Positions 29,285 through 39,783 of a DNA stretch of 64,000 nt are shown here, in pieces. The notes beneath the pieces were generated by a model, which had not been told where the DNA came from, did not search any database, and was given only the letters and a program-made list of their open reading frames with translations. The position numbers and the translations under genes are program-made. The stretch spans positions 50,932 through 114,931 of IMG/VR virus record IMGVR_UViG_3300036766_000837. One strand, 5' to 3'. Positions within the stretch are counted from its first letter, which is position 1. Every line of letters starts with the position of its first letter. This DNA comes from a virus.

Positions 29285-30880
29285 TTACTTTGCTGGTTCC
29301 TCTCCTAAATCTTGCGCTTCTCCCCGCTGTTTCCTTTGACCAATCTGATCGGCCGGACTGGGAGTTCGTGGTTTTGCTCCTTCTGATGTCTTCTGTCCTG
29401 GACCACCCGCATTCGGTCCTTTCTGGAACGGAAGCATGTCATCTCCCCCCAGAGTTGTTGGATATCCGATTTCTGACCTAATCTCATTAGGTTTAAGGGC
29501 TTGAATTCTGGCATACCTATCATGGATTCTGGATTTGATATCTGCATCAATAATATTCGACTGAATGAATTCCAACTTGAAGTGTTTAGTAAATTCCTTA
29601 ACAATCTTATTTACCCTCTTCTCAATCCGTTTCTGTTCAGGCTCACATACCTGTTCTTTAAATGTTTTATCCGCATCTCTAGAAACCGCAAGGTTCATAT
29701 CCGAAAAAATGGAAACTTTGCCAGGTGGAACCCTATGGGCCATAAGAATTTCTGTTCTATTCTCCTTAAGGTAATTTATGAATGAAGATTCTTGAACCCC
29801 AACCTCAAGAGCCTTAAACTCCGCATCCACTTGCTGACCAATACTTGCAGGCAACGGAATGTATAGAGTTCCGTGGTTATTTCCCTTAAGTTCATTCCTG
29901 AAATAATTTATAAGATTTTCTTCCGCTTTTGCCGAAAGTTTCGCGCCCTTTAAAATGAAGGCGTATCTCGGTATCGATTTATTTTCGAAATAGTCGATAT
30001 TATATTGTTTCGCAAGTTTGTCTCCCAAAACTGCCGAAAGCGCGGGAATTATATCGGGAATACCATAGTATGTAGAATTCGGAGAATACTTCTTGAAATG
30101 AATTATTTCATTTGGTTGGTTATCATTCTTAAGCGGATTTGAAGTTTCGATATCTCCAAAATTCCTAAAGAAAGTATATTTATTCGAAACAAGTTGTATG
30201 AAGCCATCCCTTAACGCCCGAATCCTCATAGTTTGCCCCGGAACATGCCCCAAATAACCAATAGTTTCGTTTAGGTTTCTGCCAACTTCAAGATAGCCAT
30301 TTCCCATAGATTCAACATCTGTCCAAACATTGGTCATTATTTCATTGAATTCTTCTTCTCCAGTAATTTCATCAACAGTTTCATCTAAACGAATCTTTTC
30401 TTGTTTCAATTTTTTCATCAAATCTTGGAGGTCTTGTTCTCCATTTATCTGGGCTTGTTCGATATCCATTTGGGTTCGTGGATTCTCCACCCATTTATAT
30501 CCCAACCCAACGATATTGATTGCCTTCATCGTAACCGCAGCATTGTGGGCAGCATTTTGCTCATATACCTTTGCCAAATTATCTAAGTTATATGGGGGAG
30601 AAACTATCTGTAAAATATCATACCCCGTAATAACCTCTAATGATTTTGCCTTTGATTTAACTCCATCACTCTTTGCCAGTCTGGCGGCTCGCCTTTTTAT
30701 ATGTTGAGGAAGCCCCGTCATATCTAATTTCAAAAAGGGATCGGAAATCTTTTCCTTTCTTTTAGGAGCCTTTATATTATAAACTTCAATTTCAGCCTGT
30801 TCTCCCTCTAAATCTAAAGAAATCTCCTCAATTTTCTCTCCATGCTTAATAACATCATTGATTTCTTTTTTAGTTACCAT
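29285..30880 (-). CDS. Portal protein
   Basis: GNGYLE, NEIIHFK......YYGIPD, YF.N...P, I..AH.VPP, NEIR motifs; precedes protease. Confidence 0.95.
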   Translation of the reverse strand: MVTKKEINDVIKHGEKIEEISLDLEGEQAEIEVYNIKAPKRKEKISDPFLKLDMTGLPQHIKRRAARLAKSDGVKSKAKSLEVITGYDILQIVSPPYNLDNLAKVYEQNAAHNAAVTMKAINIVGLGYKWVENPRTQMDIEQAQINGEQDLQDLMKKLKQEKIRLDETVDEITGEEEFNEIMTNVWTDVESMGNGYLEVGRNLNETIGYLGHVPGQTMRIRALRDGFIQLVSNKYTFFRNFGDIETSNPLKNDNQPNEIIHFKKYSPNSTYYGIPDIIPALSAVLGDKLAKQYNIDYFENKSIPRYAFILKGAKLSAKAEENLINYFRNELKGNNHGTLYIPLPASIGQQVDAEFKALEVGVQESSFINYLKENRTEILMAHRVPPGKVSIFSDMNLAVSRDADKTFKEQVCEPEQKRIEKRVNKIVKEFTKHFKLEFIQSNIIDADIKSRIHDRYARIQALKPNEIRSEIGYPTTLGGDDMLPFQKGPNAGGPGQKTSEGAKPRTPSPADQIGQRKQRGEAQDLGEEPAK

Positions 30881-31229
30881 TTTTTCTCTCCATACGTTTA
30901 TCTTCTATCTCTATAAGAGCGGCGTCCTGTTCATCAGGAATTTCGCCCTCAAGAAGTCTTGCCATCTGCTCATCTGCTTCCATATGAGAAATCTTGCGCC
31001 CAATTCGCCAGGCGGGACGCCCCCCTTTGATTCCCATAGACCTAATCATTTGTCTCATCTTATATTCAACAAGTTTATCCCCCATGGTTAAACTTTCTGA
31101 ACATAAGAACTCTCCCCCTTCATTACCTACAAAAGTTCCATCCGGCATTACCCATACACATACATATTTCTGTTTATAGCCAGGAGGTAGCCACAATGCC
31201 TCACCTTTAAGTCCTTTTGATCTATTCAT
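30870..31229 (-). CDS. Hypothetical protein upstream of portal
   Basis: W.MPDG, EQ..RL..G.IPD..D; preceded by TTGCAT-N18-TATAAT. Confidence 0.7.
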   Translation of the reverse strand: MNRSKGLKGEALWLPPGYKQKYVCVWVMPDGTFVGNEGGEFLCSESLTMGDKLVEYKMRQMIRSMGIKGGRPAWRIGRKISHMEADEQMARLLEGEIPDEQDAALIEIEDKRMERKNGN

Positions 31230-31321
31230 TAGTCATCATCGTCTAAATTATACAAAATCTGGCCCTACAAATGCAAATTTTGTCGATATGAATTATTCAA
31301 CAATCTGACTAAATTTGTTCA

Positions 31322-31353
31322 ATAAACGCGGAGGCCCGCCGAAGCGGGCCTCC
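31322..31353 (-). terminator. Terminator after tRNA pair
   Basis: GGAGGCCCGC-TTCG-GCGGGCCTCC followed by GCGTTTATT. Confidence 0.75.
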
Positions 31354-31382
31354 ACCCAGCCGTCGAAGCGGCCAGGTCTGCG

Positions 31383-31450
31383 CATCGGGCCAAGGAATCG
31401 AACCCTGTCTCACGGCTTTGGAGGCCGTTACGCTCCCCAGCGTGCCCGAT
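31383..31450 (-). tRNA. tRNA-Trp(CCA), short D-arm, no encoded CCA end
   Basis: ATCGGGC/GCCCGAT acceptor; ACGGC-CTCCAAA-GCCGT; CAGGG-TTCGATT-CCTTG. Confidence 0.85.
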
Positions 31451-31488
31451 AACCTACCTTGATTCGCAAAGCACCAAGCCTTCAACCG

Positions 31489-31560
31489 TCGCGGCGGCGA
31501 GATTCGAACTCGCGGCTTCGGAGAATGAGTCCGATATGCTACCTATTGCACCACACCGCA
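31489..31560 (-). tRNA. tRNA with CAT anticodon (Met, partly initiator-like)
   Basis: TGCGGTG/CGCCGCG acceptor; TCGGA-CTCATTC-TCCGA; GCGAG-TTCGAAT-CTCGC. Confidence 0.88.
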
Positions 31561-31709
31561 ATATTATTCAACAGGTAAATATTTATGAAATTCATTACAC
31601 TGTTCGCAATATAACATTATACTAGGTAAAAGTTCCCAAAGTTCAATTTCGTCTCCACATTCTGCAACATATATTAAACTATAGTCATCTTCATGGTTAT
31701 TCTTCATAT

Positions 31710-31934
31710 TTATTCCCCGTGAAATTCCATATAGTCTTCTTTGGTTGGCCATACTCCAGATTCCAAGCCAAGATTTTTTTCTATAGAAGAATTTTCTATA
31801 AAAATAAATAGTCCGTGATAATTTACAGGACATTTATTATGTGCGCCCCATGCTTCGGAATATGGACCGGCCGTAGACGGTATTTCTATCCCCCATCTTC
31901 TACAAAATGAAACTGACTTTAATTCTTGAGTCAT
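31710..31934 (-). CDS. Hypothetical protein
   Basis: ATGA overlap with upstream glycosyltransferase. Confidence 0.5.
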   Translation of the reverse strand: MTQELKSVSFCRRWGIEIPSTAGPYSEAWGAHNKCPVNYHGLFIFIENSSIEKNLGLESGVWPTKEDYMEFHGE

Positions 31935-32632
31935 ACCAACCCCCCATATCTTTTAAGGGCATCAAGATAATCATTTGGAGGTTCCCCATTCCAAGGAATC
32001 AAAAATATCTCTTGTTTGGGAGGGCCTCCCCACTTAACTGCATATCTTTCTCTATTTAAAGCAAAATATCTTTGATGTTTTAATTTGACATCTCCCGGAA
32101 GCCTCTTAAGGGTTTCACTTCCCAGATGTTGAAGATTGGCGGGGATATAACCAACTTTATCTTTGTTTTTTATATCCATTCTATATGCGAAATCATTATC
32201 TTCAAAATAGGCTGGATAAAACCCTTCATCAAAAAAACCTACATCTGAAAAAACAATGGGATTAACCACAAATGTATCCCATCCAGAACAATTTACCCCT
32301 TGTGCGCCACAAAACCATAAATCTTCTTCCACAACTTTATTTATTATTGTTTGCAAACAATCTTCCCCAATAATCGTATCATCAGCAGAATAGACTATAT
32401 AATTACAGTTCTCATTGATAGCTCTCTTAAATCCCTTATTGAGAGTAGTAGCAAGCGACACCTCAAAATTGAAATTGGGAACAATATAGAATTCCTTGGG
32501 ATATGGATAAGTTCTTACGATACTATCAAGATGATTAGGCATCAAATCCCAGTTTCCCACCGTTAAGGTTACAATCCCGACCTTTATCGAACTAAAATCC
32601 ATATAATCCTCCATCAAAATTATACTTGGCAA
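31931..32632 (-). CDS. Glycosyltransferase family 2
   Basis: N.G...A, ADD metal motif, VGFFDEGFYPAYFEDND. Confidence 0.88.
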   Translation of the reverse strand: MPSIILMEDYMDFSSIKVGIVTLTVGNWDLMPNHLDSIVRTYPYPKEFYIVPNFNFEVSLATTLNKGFKRAINENCNYIVYSADDTIIGEDCLQTIINKVVEEDLWFCGAQGVNCSGWDTFVVNPIVFSDVGFFDEGFYPAYFEDNDFAYRMDIKNKDKVGYIPANLQHLGSETLKRLPGDVKLKHQRYFALNRERYAVKWGGPPKQEIFLIPWNGEPPNDYLDALKRYGGLV

Positions 32633-33716
32633 TCCATTGCTTCACAAGTTGTATTATCAATTCAATATCTTCATCTCTGAGCCACCAACCAACGGGTATA
32701 CACACCATAGTTTCGAACCACTTGTCCAAATATGGCAATTTGGCTCTATATTCACTGAAACAAGAAAATCTGTCATTCCTATTATGGGTTTGAGATACTC
32801 CCACCCCATTTTGCTTCATAAATTTCTCAAATTTTATCGGGTGAGGAACATGTATGGTATATAACCAGAAGGATGATTCTCTATCCTTGGGCCATTCAGG
32901 GAGAAGTTTCATCTGAACAAGTTCATCATATTTCGCGGCATTTTCTCTATGAGATTTAACAATATTCGTTGAGGCGTAGTGGATATTTGCAAGTCCTATC
33001 GTTGCATTGATATCATTCATATGAAACTTGAAACCTACCTCTGGAATATCTTGCCGACACCGCATAGCATCACCGCTAGTTCTATCCAATCCATACCATC
33101 TCAAGAGTTTTGCTCTTTCATATTGCTCGGCAGGAGTAATAAGCAACCCTCCATCTCCAGTAGTTAGATTCTTAATTGCTTGGAATGAATAACAAATATA
33201 ATTTCCTCCGCCCACCGATAGGGGTTGACCTTTGTATGTAGCCATAAATGCATGGGCAGCATCTTCGATTATTGGAATCCCATTGGCAACTTCTCTCAGG
33301 GTAGAATAGTCACAAGGTAATCCTCCCCAATCTACCACCATAATCGCCTTTATCTGATTTCTACCCCAACGGTTAATAGCCCATTTTAACGATTCAGGAG
33401 ACATATTCCCATACTTATCTACATCTGTCCAAACTATATCTGCCCCTCTTGCGGCAATAACTTCGTTCGTTGCTGAACAGGTCATCGGTGTCGAAATAAT
33501 ATAATCTCCTGGACCAACACCGATGAGATGGAGGGCAAGATATAAAGCCGAAGTTCCTGAATTTACGGTAACCCCATATTCAAATTGCAAACATTCCTTC
33601 AATTTTGATTCGAACTCATCTACCTTCGGCCCTTGACCGATATATCCAGATTCTAAAACTTCGCCAACCATATATCTTGCCAATGGATTCATATAAACCT
33701 GGAATTGTGAGATCAT
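32592..33716 (-). CDS. DegT/DnrJ/EryC1/StrS sugar aminotransferase
   Basis: VNSGTSAL.LAL, IIEDAAHA, YSFQAIK (PLP lysine), GDGG. Confidence 0.95.
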   Translation of the reverse strand: MISQFQVYMNPLARYMVGEVLESGYIGQGPKVDEFESKLKECLQFEYGVTVNSGTSALYLALHLIGVGPGDYIISTPMTCSATNEVIAARGADIVWTDVDKYGNMSPESLKWAINRWGRNQIKAIMVVDWGGLPCDYSTLREVANGIPIIEDAAHAFMATYKGQPLSVGGGNYICYSFQAIKNLTTGDGGLLITPAEQYERAKLLRWYGLDRTSGDAMRCRQDIPEVGFKFHMNDINATIGLANIHYASTNIVKSHRENAAKYDELVQMKLLPEWPKDRESSFWLYTIHVPHPIKFEKFMKQNGVGVSQTHNRNDRFSCFSEYRAKLPYLDKWFETMVCIPVGWWLRDEDIELIIQLVKQWIAKYNFDGGLYGF

Positions 33717-33718
33717 TT

Positions 33719-34501
33719 TTACTCCATCCAGCCAGTCACATCTGATATTTTTAAATCTTCTGGAGGACAACCATATATCGCATCTTCGCTCATCGCATCT
33801 CCTGAAAGTCTACCCATCTTCACGCTCAAAGCCTTCCTATGTTCTCGTCTATATACCGCAGGAGTCTTGAGATACCCATAACTCATATGGAGACCCGCCA
33901 AGTTATAAATATATTCTATATCCCAGGAATGGGCCTGGTCAACTGGTCTTGGAATCCATCGTAAACCTTCATCATGAATACAATTAGTCCTATGAACGAA
34001 ACATCCTAGATTCCACCAATAAATATCATCTGCCTTAAGTTTTGTCACATCATAATTTCCCTTGAATCCCACCTTCCCCTCTGTGAAAGGATTTTGACCA
34101 TCATAGAAATACATCGGCTCCCCGACAACAACATGATAGCTTGAAGAATTCTCAATAAATCTATTTGCGGCCCCTAAGAATTCCGGGGCAAGAATATCAT
34201 CATCACAAAGATATACTATCAACTCATTATTTGGAATCTCTAAAATAACAACATTAGTGTTTTCTACAAATCTTTGGTCGTTTGGGTCTATCCTTTGTTC
34301 TAGAGATATCTGAGGCGCCTTGCATAGTATCAATTTATCATTATCATATTCTTTGGATAATTCTAACACATCAAAATCCGAACCATCATCTAATACCCAA
34401 ACTACAACATCTTGATGAGTTTGATTTACGATAGCACTATCTATAGCCTCACGAAGCATTCTTGGCCGATTATAGGAAAAAAGACAAACATTCACGCGCA
34501 T
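33719..34501 (-). CDS. Glycosyltransferase family 2 (SpsA-like)
   Basis: SYNRPRML, DDGSD, YLCDDD. Confidence 0.88.
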   Translation of the reverse strand: MRVNVCLFSYNRPRMLREAIDSAIVNQTHQDVVVWVLDDGSDFDVLELSKEYDNDKLILCKAPQISLEQRIDPNDQRFVENTNVVILEIPNNELIVYLCDDDILAPEFLGAANRFIENSSSYHVVVGEPMYFYDGQNPFTEGKVGFKGNYDVTKLKADDIYWWNLGCFVHRTNCIHDEGLRWIPRPVDQAHSWDIEYIYNLAGLHMSYGYLKTPAVYRREHRKALSVKMGRLSGDAMSEDAIYGCPPEDLKISDVTGWME

Positions 34502-35343
34502 GATTCCATCACTCCAAGAATCTCCTCAGATATAGGGGGCGGAATATAACCGGGCTTATATCTACCATATTTATCTTTTCTTCCCAAAAGAGAACTTAAT
34601 GATTTCTCATGTTCCCTTCTATACACCACCGGAGATTCTAAAACCAAAAATTGGGGATGCATATTCATCATATCATTTATAAATCTGATATCTTGGCTAT
34701 GCCCAAAATTATTACTTTGCCACCTTATATCTTCATCTTTGAAACACAATACTTTATGCGCAAATGTTCCCGTTCCCCAATATAAAGCTTTATCGGAAAA
34801 GTCTCCTGGCATCCCAAATATAGATTCGGTATATGGGTCTTGATTATCATTAAATGTAAATGCTTGGCCCACAGCCACATGCATCTTTGGAGTAGAATCT
34901 AGGGCTTTTGCCGCCCGACTTACCCAATTAACACCTAATATATCATCATCACAAAGATAATTAACTATATCTTCTTTCGAAAGAGTTTCTATAACAGCAT
35001 TTATATTATCTGATAACCTATTATTTTTAACTCGTTCAGTATTATCCATCTTAGGATGTTGATAATATACAACATCAAAATCATGTTCTTTTAATATCTC
35101 ATTATAGAAATAGTCTGAAGAAAAATCCGATCCATCATCTATGATATGCAAAATCAGAGTTTGGTCATTCTGTTTCTTTACACTATCTACCGCATCTTTA
35201 AGCATTCTTGGACGGTTATAACTAAGGAGAAGAACATGCGATTTGGAAATAGCAAGGCTACTACTGTCATTAAGGGTTTGTTTATACCTTCCGATGGCAA
35301 TTTCTCTTTGCTGTTCAAATTGAGGATCGGTTAATTCTGCCAT
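34492..35343 (-). CDS. Glycosyltransferase family 2, tandem paralogue
   Basis: SYNRPRML, DDGSD, YLCDDD, YRREH shared with neighbour. Confidence 0.88.
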   Translation of the reverse strand: MAELTDPQFEQQREIAIGRYKQTLNDSSSLAISKSHVLLLSYNRPRMLKDAVDSVKKQNDQTLILHIIDDGSDFSSDYFYNEILKEHDFDVVYYQHPKMDNTERVKNNRLSDNINAVIETLSKEDIVNYLCDDDILGVNWVSRAAKALDSTPKMHVAVGQAFTFNDNQDPYTESIFGMPGDFSDKALYWGTGTFAHKVLCFKDEDIRWQSNNFGHSQDIRFINDMMNMHPQFLVLESPVVYRREHEKSLSSLLGRKDKYGRYKPGYIPPPISEEILGVMESCA

Positions 35344-35892
35344 TTAAGTCCCTTTATCAACCAATCCCATTAATAGATAATCTAGATATTTCCCATCACG
35401 ATATAGATGCTCAACCATCTTTCCTTCATATTTCATTCCGGCTTTTTCATATACCTTCCTTGCCTTTTCATTAAGTTCTGCCACCAATAACCATATTCTG
35501 TGTAAACCCAAAACATTAAATGAATAATCAACTAATAAGGAAAAGGCTTCTACGGCATGTCCTTTCCCGCGAAAAGGTTCAAATGTGTCTACCCCTACAC
35601 AAGCATTCCTATTTATCCAATCTATTTCATTTATTCTTGCAATACCAACATCTAACCATCCAACATCTTCTGGTTTTCGCGGAACATTATCCTTAGTCCT
35701 ATATTGTGTAATAAAATACATATTATTATTACCAACTGTTTTAAACCATTCATCTTGATTAGATGGCCAAACAGGAAAGACTGAAGTTAGATAATGCCAT
35801 GTCGTCGGATTGTTACGGTGCGCGGCCAATAAACGCAAATCTGTTTCTTCTACTACCCTGAAGGCATAGTTTTTCTTTTTGTATACTTGCAC
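35344..35892 (-). CDS. GNAT N-acetyltransferase (RimJ/PseH-like)
   Basis: FRGKGHA, LGLHRIWL.V...N.KA..VYEKAG...EG. Confidence 0.9.
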   Translation of the reverse strand: MQVYKKKNYAFRVVEETDLRLLAAHRNNPTTWHYLTSVFPVWPSNQDEWFKTVGNNNMYFITQYRTKDNVPRKPEDVGWLDVGIARINEIDWINRNACVGVDTFEPFRGKGHAVEAFSLLVDYSFNVLGLHRIWLLVAELNEKARKVYEKAGMKYEGKMVEHLYRDGKYLDYLLMGLVDKGT

Positions 35893-35906
35893 CTGTTCCC
35901 CTTTCT

Positions 35907-37667
35907 TTAAGTATACCCCAAGGTGGCATCCTTTTCCATCGAATCACAACCGCCACCTATTGAGCAAGAAAGATTCTCATATTCTTTAATATCCAGGATT
36001 GTATTATCTAATAATCTTCCAGATTCATCTCTTTTTTCATTATCTCTTTTCTCATAATAAACGGCATCTCTAGAAGAATCAACATAAGTAGTTAATCCTT
36101 TACATCCAAGTCTCCATGCCTCTAAATATGCCTCTTTAAGTTCGGACTCTGCTACTCCTGCCGGAGCATTATTAGTCTTTGAAATAGATTGTCCCACCAT
36201 GTTCTCATCCATAGCATTTTGCCATACTGATTGCATCTTAATATGTGCCGAAAATGGAACCTCATAAGTGGTGATGAAAGAAGTATTATCCGCCAACCGA
36301 TGCTTCCATGTTGAGGCCCCTATCCCATTAGAAGTTCGTACTATCTCTCGCCCAAAATTAGGTTCTATAGATGCACTCGTATTAGATATCAAAGAACGTG
36401 TTCCTTCCGGCGCAATAGCAAGAAGACTTATATTTCTCAATTTCAAATCCATCTGTTTATGTTGAGATTTATCCCATAGGGGATATGTACCCTTTCTTTC
36501 AGCAATCCTACATGATTCATCTACTACAATTTTATTCATGAAAGACCCTATATTTCTGGCAATCTCATATGAAGATTCTTGGCCATAGATGGAACCCATC
36601 ATTACTAATATGTCGGCAAACCCTGTAATACCCAACCCAATCCTTCGAGTATCTTTACTAGCCTTCTCAAATTCTGGGGCAACATGAACATTGGCATCTA
36701 TAACATTGTCTAAAAATCTTATCCCTATTCTTATAGTCCTTTCAAGTTTTTTCCAATCGATATCCCTATTAGATATATGATTGACAAGATTTATTGACCC
36801 TAAACAACAATTTTCATAATTTAGCAAAGTTGTTTCGCCGCATGGATTAACTCCCTTAATCTCATATTCGGGATACAAAGGATTATTTCTATTAATCGCA
36901 TCTCTCCAAACCATACCCGGTTCTGCCATAAGATAATTGTTTCTAATTATCAAATCAAACATCTCTCTAGCATCTACCGTATCAACGGTACGTCTACCTA
37001 CACGAGAGACTAAATTCCAAGAAGAACCATCCTCAACGGCTCGCATAAATCTATCGGAAGTGAAGACAGATATATTAAAATTGGGCAGAGAATTTTCTTG
37101 ACTCTTCAGTGTAATAAATTTTCTAAGTTCGGGATGGTCATCATCAAGAAGGCCCATCATCGCCGCTCTTCGGCGCCCCCCCTGTTTAACAACCTCTCCT
37201 ATAGAATTGAAGATATTTGTCATGAATGAAACAGCTCCCGAAGAAAGTCTCATCGATGATTTAACATTCTCCACTTCAGACCTTAGATTAGAAAAATTAT
37301 AACCTACCCCAGCTCCTGCTTGAAATAACTTTGCTGAATGCCATGCGTGTTGCATGATTGAATCCAAAGAATCTTCTGGTATCTGAACAAAACAAGCCGA
37401 TAAAAGCCTCAGCCCTCCCCTTGACCCGGCATTCATTAAGGTCGGGCTATTAGGCAAAAAGTCTAATTCATATATTGCATTAAAAAATTCTTCTTCATAA
37501 GCATCTGGAGAGAATCCATATTTAGTCTCTTGAGACGCTATTGTTTTTGCAACCCTCCTCGAAAGCCCTTCCCAATCTTCTAAAAAATTGCCATTTTCAT
37601 CTCGATCATAATATCTACTTTTAAGCACCTCTTCTGCAAGAGGGGTAAGCTTGGGCAAAAGAATCAC
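35907..37667 (-). CDS. nrdJ: Class II (B12-dependent) ribonucleotide reductase
   Basis: FLPNSPTLMNAG, SACFV, KQGG.RR.A.M, NPCGE, C.LGSINL, ISKT.N, C-terminal Cys pair; no beta subunit nearby. Confidence 0.92.
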   Translation of the reverse strand: MILLPKLTPLAEEVLKSRYYDRDENGNFLEDWEGLSRRVAKTIASQETKYGFSPDAYEEEFFNAIYELDFLPNSPTLMNAGSRGGLRLLSACFVQIPEDSLDSIMQHAWHSAKLFQAGAGVGYNFSNLRSEVENVKSSMRLSSGAVSFMTNIFNSIGEVVKQGGRRRAAMMGLLDDDHPELRKFITLKSQENSLPNFNISVFTSDRFMRAVEDGSSWNLVSRVGRRTVDTVDAREMFDLIIRNNYLMAEPGMVWRDAINRNNPLYPEYEIKGVNPCGETTLLNYENCCLGSINLVNHISNRDIDWKKLERTIRIGIRFLDNVIDANVHVAPEFEKASKDTRRIGLGITGFADILVMMGSIYGQESSYEIARNIGSFMNKIVVDESCRIAERKGTYPLWDKSQHKQMDLKLRNISLLAIAPEGTRSLISNTSASIEPNFGREIVRTSNGIGASTWKHRLADNTSFITTYEVPFSAHIKMQSVWQNAMDENMVGQSISKTNNAPAGVAESELKEAYLEAWRLGCKGLTTYVDSSRDAVYYEKRDNEKRDESGRLLDNTILDIKEYENLSCSIGGGCDSMEKDATLGYT

Positions 37668-37713
37668 CTCCAGATGATATTTCTATTCTAGTAATTTTAG
37701 TTTATTTCGCTAT

Positions 37714-39783
37714 TTACTTGACTTTAAAAAACCTCTTGGGGATACGGCCTTCTAGATCGTCAATCTCTTTGGATATAATTTTTTTCCAATCAAACTTTTT
37801 CCGAATAAGTTTGGCGTTACTATATGCTTGTTTAGATACTTCATCATAATTTTCATATACATAAACCATCTTGTCACAAAGGTCATTGAAATCTGGCCGA
37901 GCCCAGTTTCCTAAATGAAAATCATGACTACTTGGCCCTTCAGTATATTTAAGTTTGATACCATATTCCGCAAATTCGGACATACCAGAATAATCGGGCA
38001 ATATGGTTGGCATTCCTGTAGCCATGGCTTGTAAAGGAATCATGCCGAACCCTTCACCAGAATTTCCAGTAATAAAAACTTTGCCATTTCGTTCTGCAAT
38101 AATTGTATGATTTTTGTTTGTAACACACCAAACCATACCAGAATATTCTGTATATGTTATATCATAAGCTTTAATACTTCCTGCGATTTTTGTTTTTTTA
38201 ACCGAAATTTGATAGTTCAATTGGGTATTGTCCTTAGAAACAAACCTTCCTTCTATAAGCCTATTAATTGGTTCCCTTTTAAATACTGAATTTGTGTATC
38301 CCAATTTAACACATAATTCAATAAAATCATCACAGAGTTGTTCAGAAGAGGTATAATAAGACACATTATGACCACTAAAGGTTCCATCACCCGCCATTAA
38401 TCCATTAAACAAATGTTCAAGCAATCTAGGAGAAAATTCAAAACACCATCTTGGTATTTTTTTATTTAAAGCTCCCTTCCCGCAAGATTTAAAAATTTCA
38501 AGTAAAGACTTAGAAACCACTCGGACATCAAATTTTTGAATGAAGGGATTAAGTTCAAAATATTTAAGTAGTTTAAAGATATGTTCCAAATTTTCCCTAT
38601 TTCTGTTTGAAATGCTTATATATGAATTTCCCTCCTCATCATCAAAATAACATCCTTCGGATATATACCACCCTAGAAGTTCAAAGAATAATGGAAGATA
38701 AATCTTTTCTGGCAATTTCTTTGCCCTATGCCATAAATTCGTTTGGTCATATATTTCATTAGTGGTTATGTAATCATCATCCCTTCCTTCCCACTTGCAA
38801 GTTAATGGAATATACCTCTTAGTTTTATTTTTCTGAACAAAATCTCCAGCATATTTTACCTGTAAATTCTCATAATTACGTGGGTTGATCGTTCCCCCCT
38901 GAGATGGCCAATAATATACTCTATGGTTTGGAGTTAATAACATATCCATTGATGCATTATCAAAATGAATCATCTGTCCGTTATACATAGTTTGATTTAT
39001 ATCAATAATAGGACAAAATTCCATCTTTCCGCTTGAATTAATCGTCGCCACGTTTTGACCAATAAATACCTCTGATCTATTTTTCCATCCATTTTCTGTA
39101 AGAATCCTTGTATCATCAGAAAAACAAGAAGGATAAACTAAACAATGCAAACTATGAAACATGGCGTTCATTTCAGGAATACTCAAGATACTTCTATAAG
39201 CTTCCACCTGAGGATGGTCTGTAACCGGACCGATTATAGAGGTTCCCTGTTTCATTCTACATTCCAACCATCCATTGGCTTTATAAAACAAACGAACATT
39301 GTTATTACCGGAAAATACCTTATTAAATGCATCGAAAACCATCTGGCCATTTTTCCTATCAGCGGGTTCCCCCATGTGAAAAAAAATAAGATAATCAGAA
39401 ATTATTCTTTTTGATAAGGTATAGTCTTTTGGGTCTATTCCATGAATAACTGTTCGGATAGGAATCTTAACCCCGGCAGCTTTAAACACTTTAGTACACC
39501 AATGAGAAGTAGTCCAAAATAAATTACGAGAATTGATACGGTCAATCCATTCATCAGGAACATAGGTGGATTCCCAAGGAGTATATCCAATCTTGAATTG
39601 ATGGTCTTCACCCCCATAGTCTGGGGGTTGTTTGAATGATAGAGAAATAGGGGCTGTCTCGTCTTCCCAATATGTTTTAATGCCCATAGAATTAAGAGTT
39701 TTACATATCTTAAATCCGGCATAACCGTAACCATCGTTCAATCCACTTGCAGCATTACCCCAAATTCCGATTTTTTCTATCAA
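37714..39783 (-). CDS. GT4 (GT-B) glycosyltransferase containing an intein
   Basis: TPWES, RKN, VYPS|SGEGFG...AMATG.P after intein removal (334-aa extein). Confidence 0.9.
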   Translation of the reverse strand: MIEKIGIWGNAASGLNDGYGYAGFKICKTLNSMGIKTYWEDETAPISLSFKQPPDYGGEDHQFKIGYTPWESTYVPDEWIDRINSRNLFWTTSHWCTKVFKAAGVKIPIRTVIHGIDPKDYTLSKRIISDYLIFFHMGEPADRKNGQMVFDAFNKVFSGNNNVRLFYKANGWLECRMKQGTSIIGPVTDHPQVEAYRSILSIPEMNAMFHSLHCLVYPSCFSDDTRILTENGWKNRSEVFIGQNVATINSSGKMEFCPIIDINQTMYNGQMIHFDNASMDMLLTPNHRVYYWPSQGGTINPRNYENLQVKYAGDFVQKNKTKRYIPLTCKWEGRDDDYITTNEIYDQTNLWHRAKKLPEKIYLPLFFELLGWYISEGCYFDDEEGNSYISISNRNRENLEHIFKLLKYFELNPFIQKFDVRVVSKSLLEIFKSCGKGALNKKIPRWCFEFSPRLLEHLFNGLMAGDGTFSGHNVSYYTSSEQLCDDFIELCVKLGYTNSVFKREPINRLIEGRFVSKDNTQLNYQISVKKTKIAGSIKAYDITYTEYSGMVWCVTNKNHTIIAERNGKVFITGNSGEGFGMIPLQAMATGMPTILPDYSGMSEFAEYGIKLKYTEGPSSHDFHLGNWARPDFNDLCDKMVYVYENYDEVSKQAYSNAKLIRKKFDWKKIISKEIDDLEGRIPKRFFKVK
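38062..39126 (-). mobile_element. Intein (355 aa) with LAGLIDADG endonuclease
   Basis: CFSDDT.ILT..GWK start, TPNH block B, LLGWYISEG and GLMAGDG motifs, ends FITGN followed by Ser. Confidence 0.95.
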
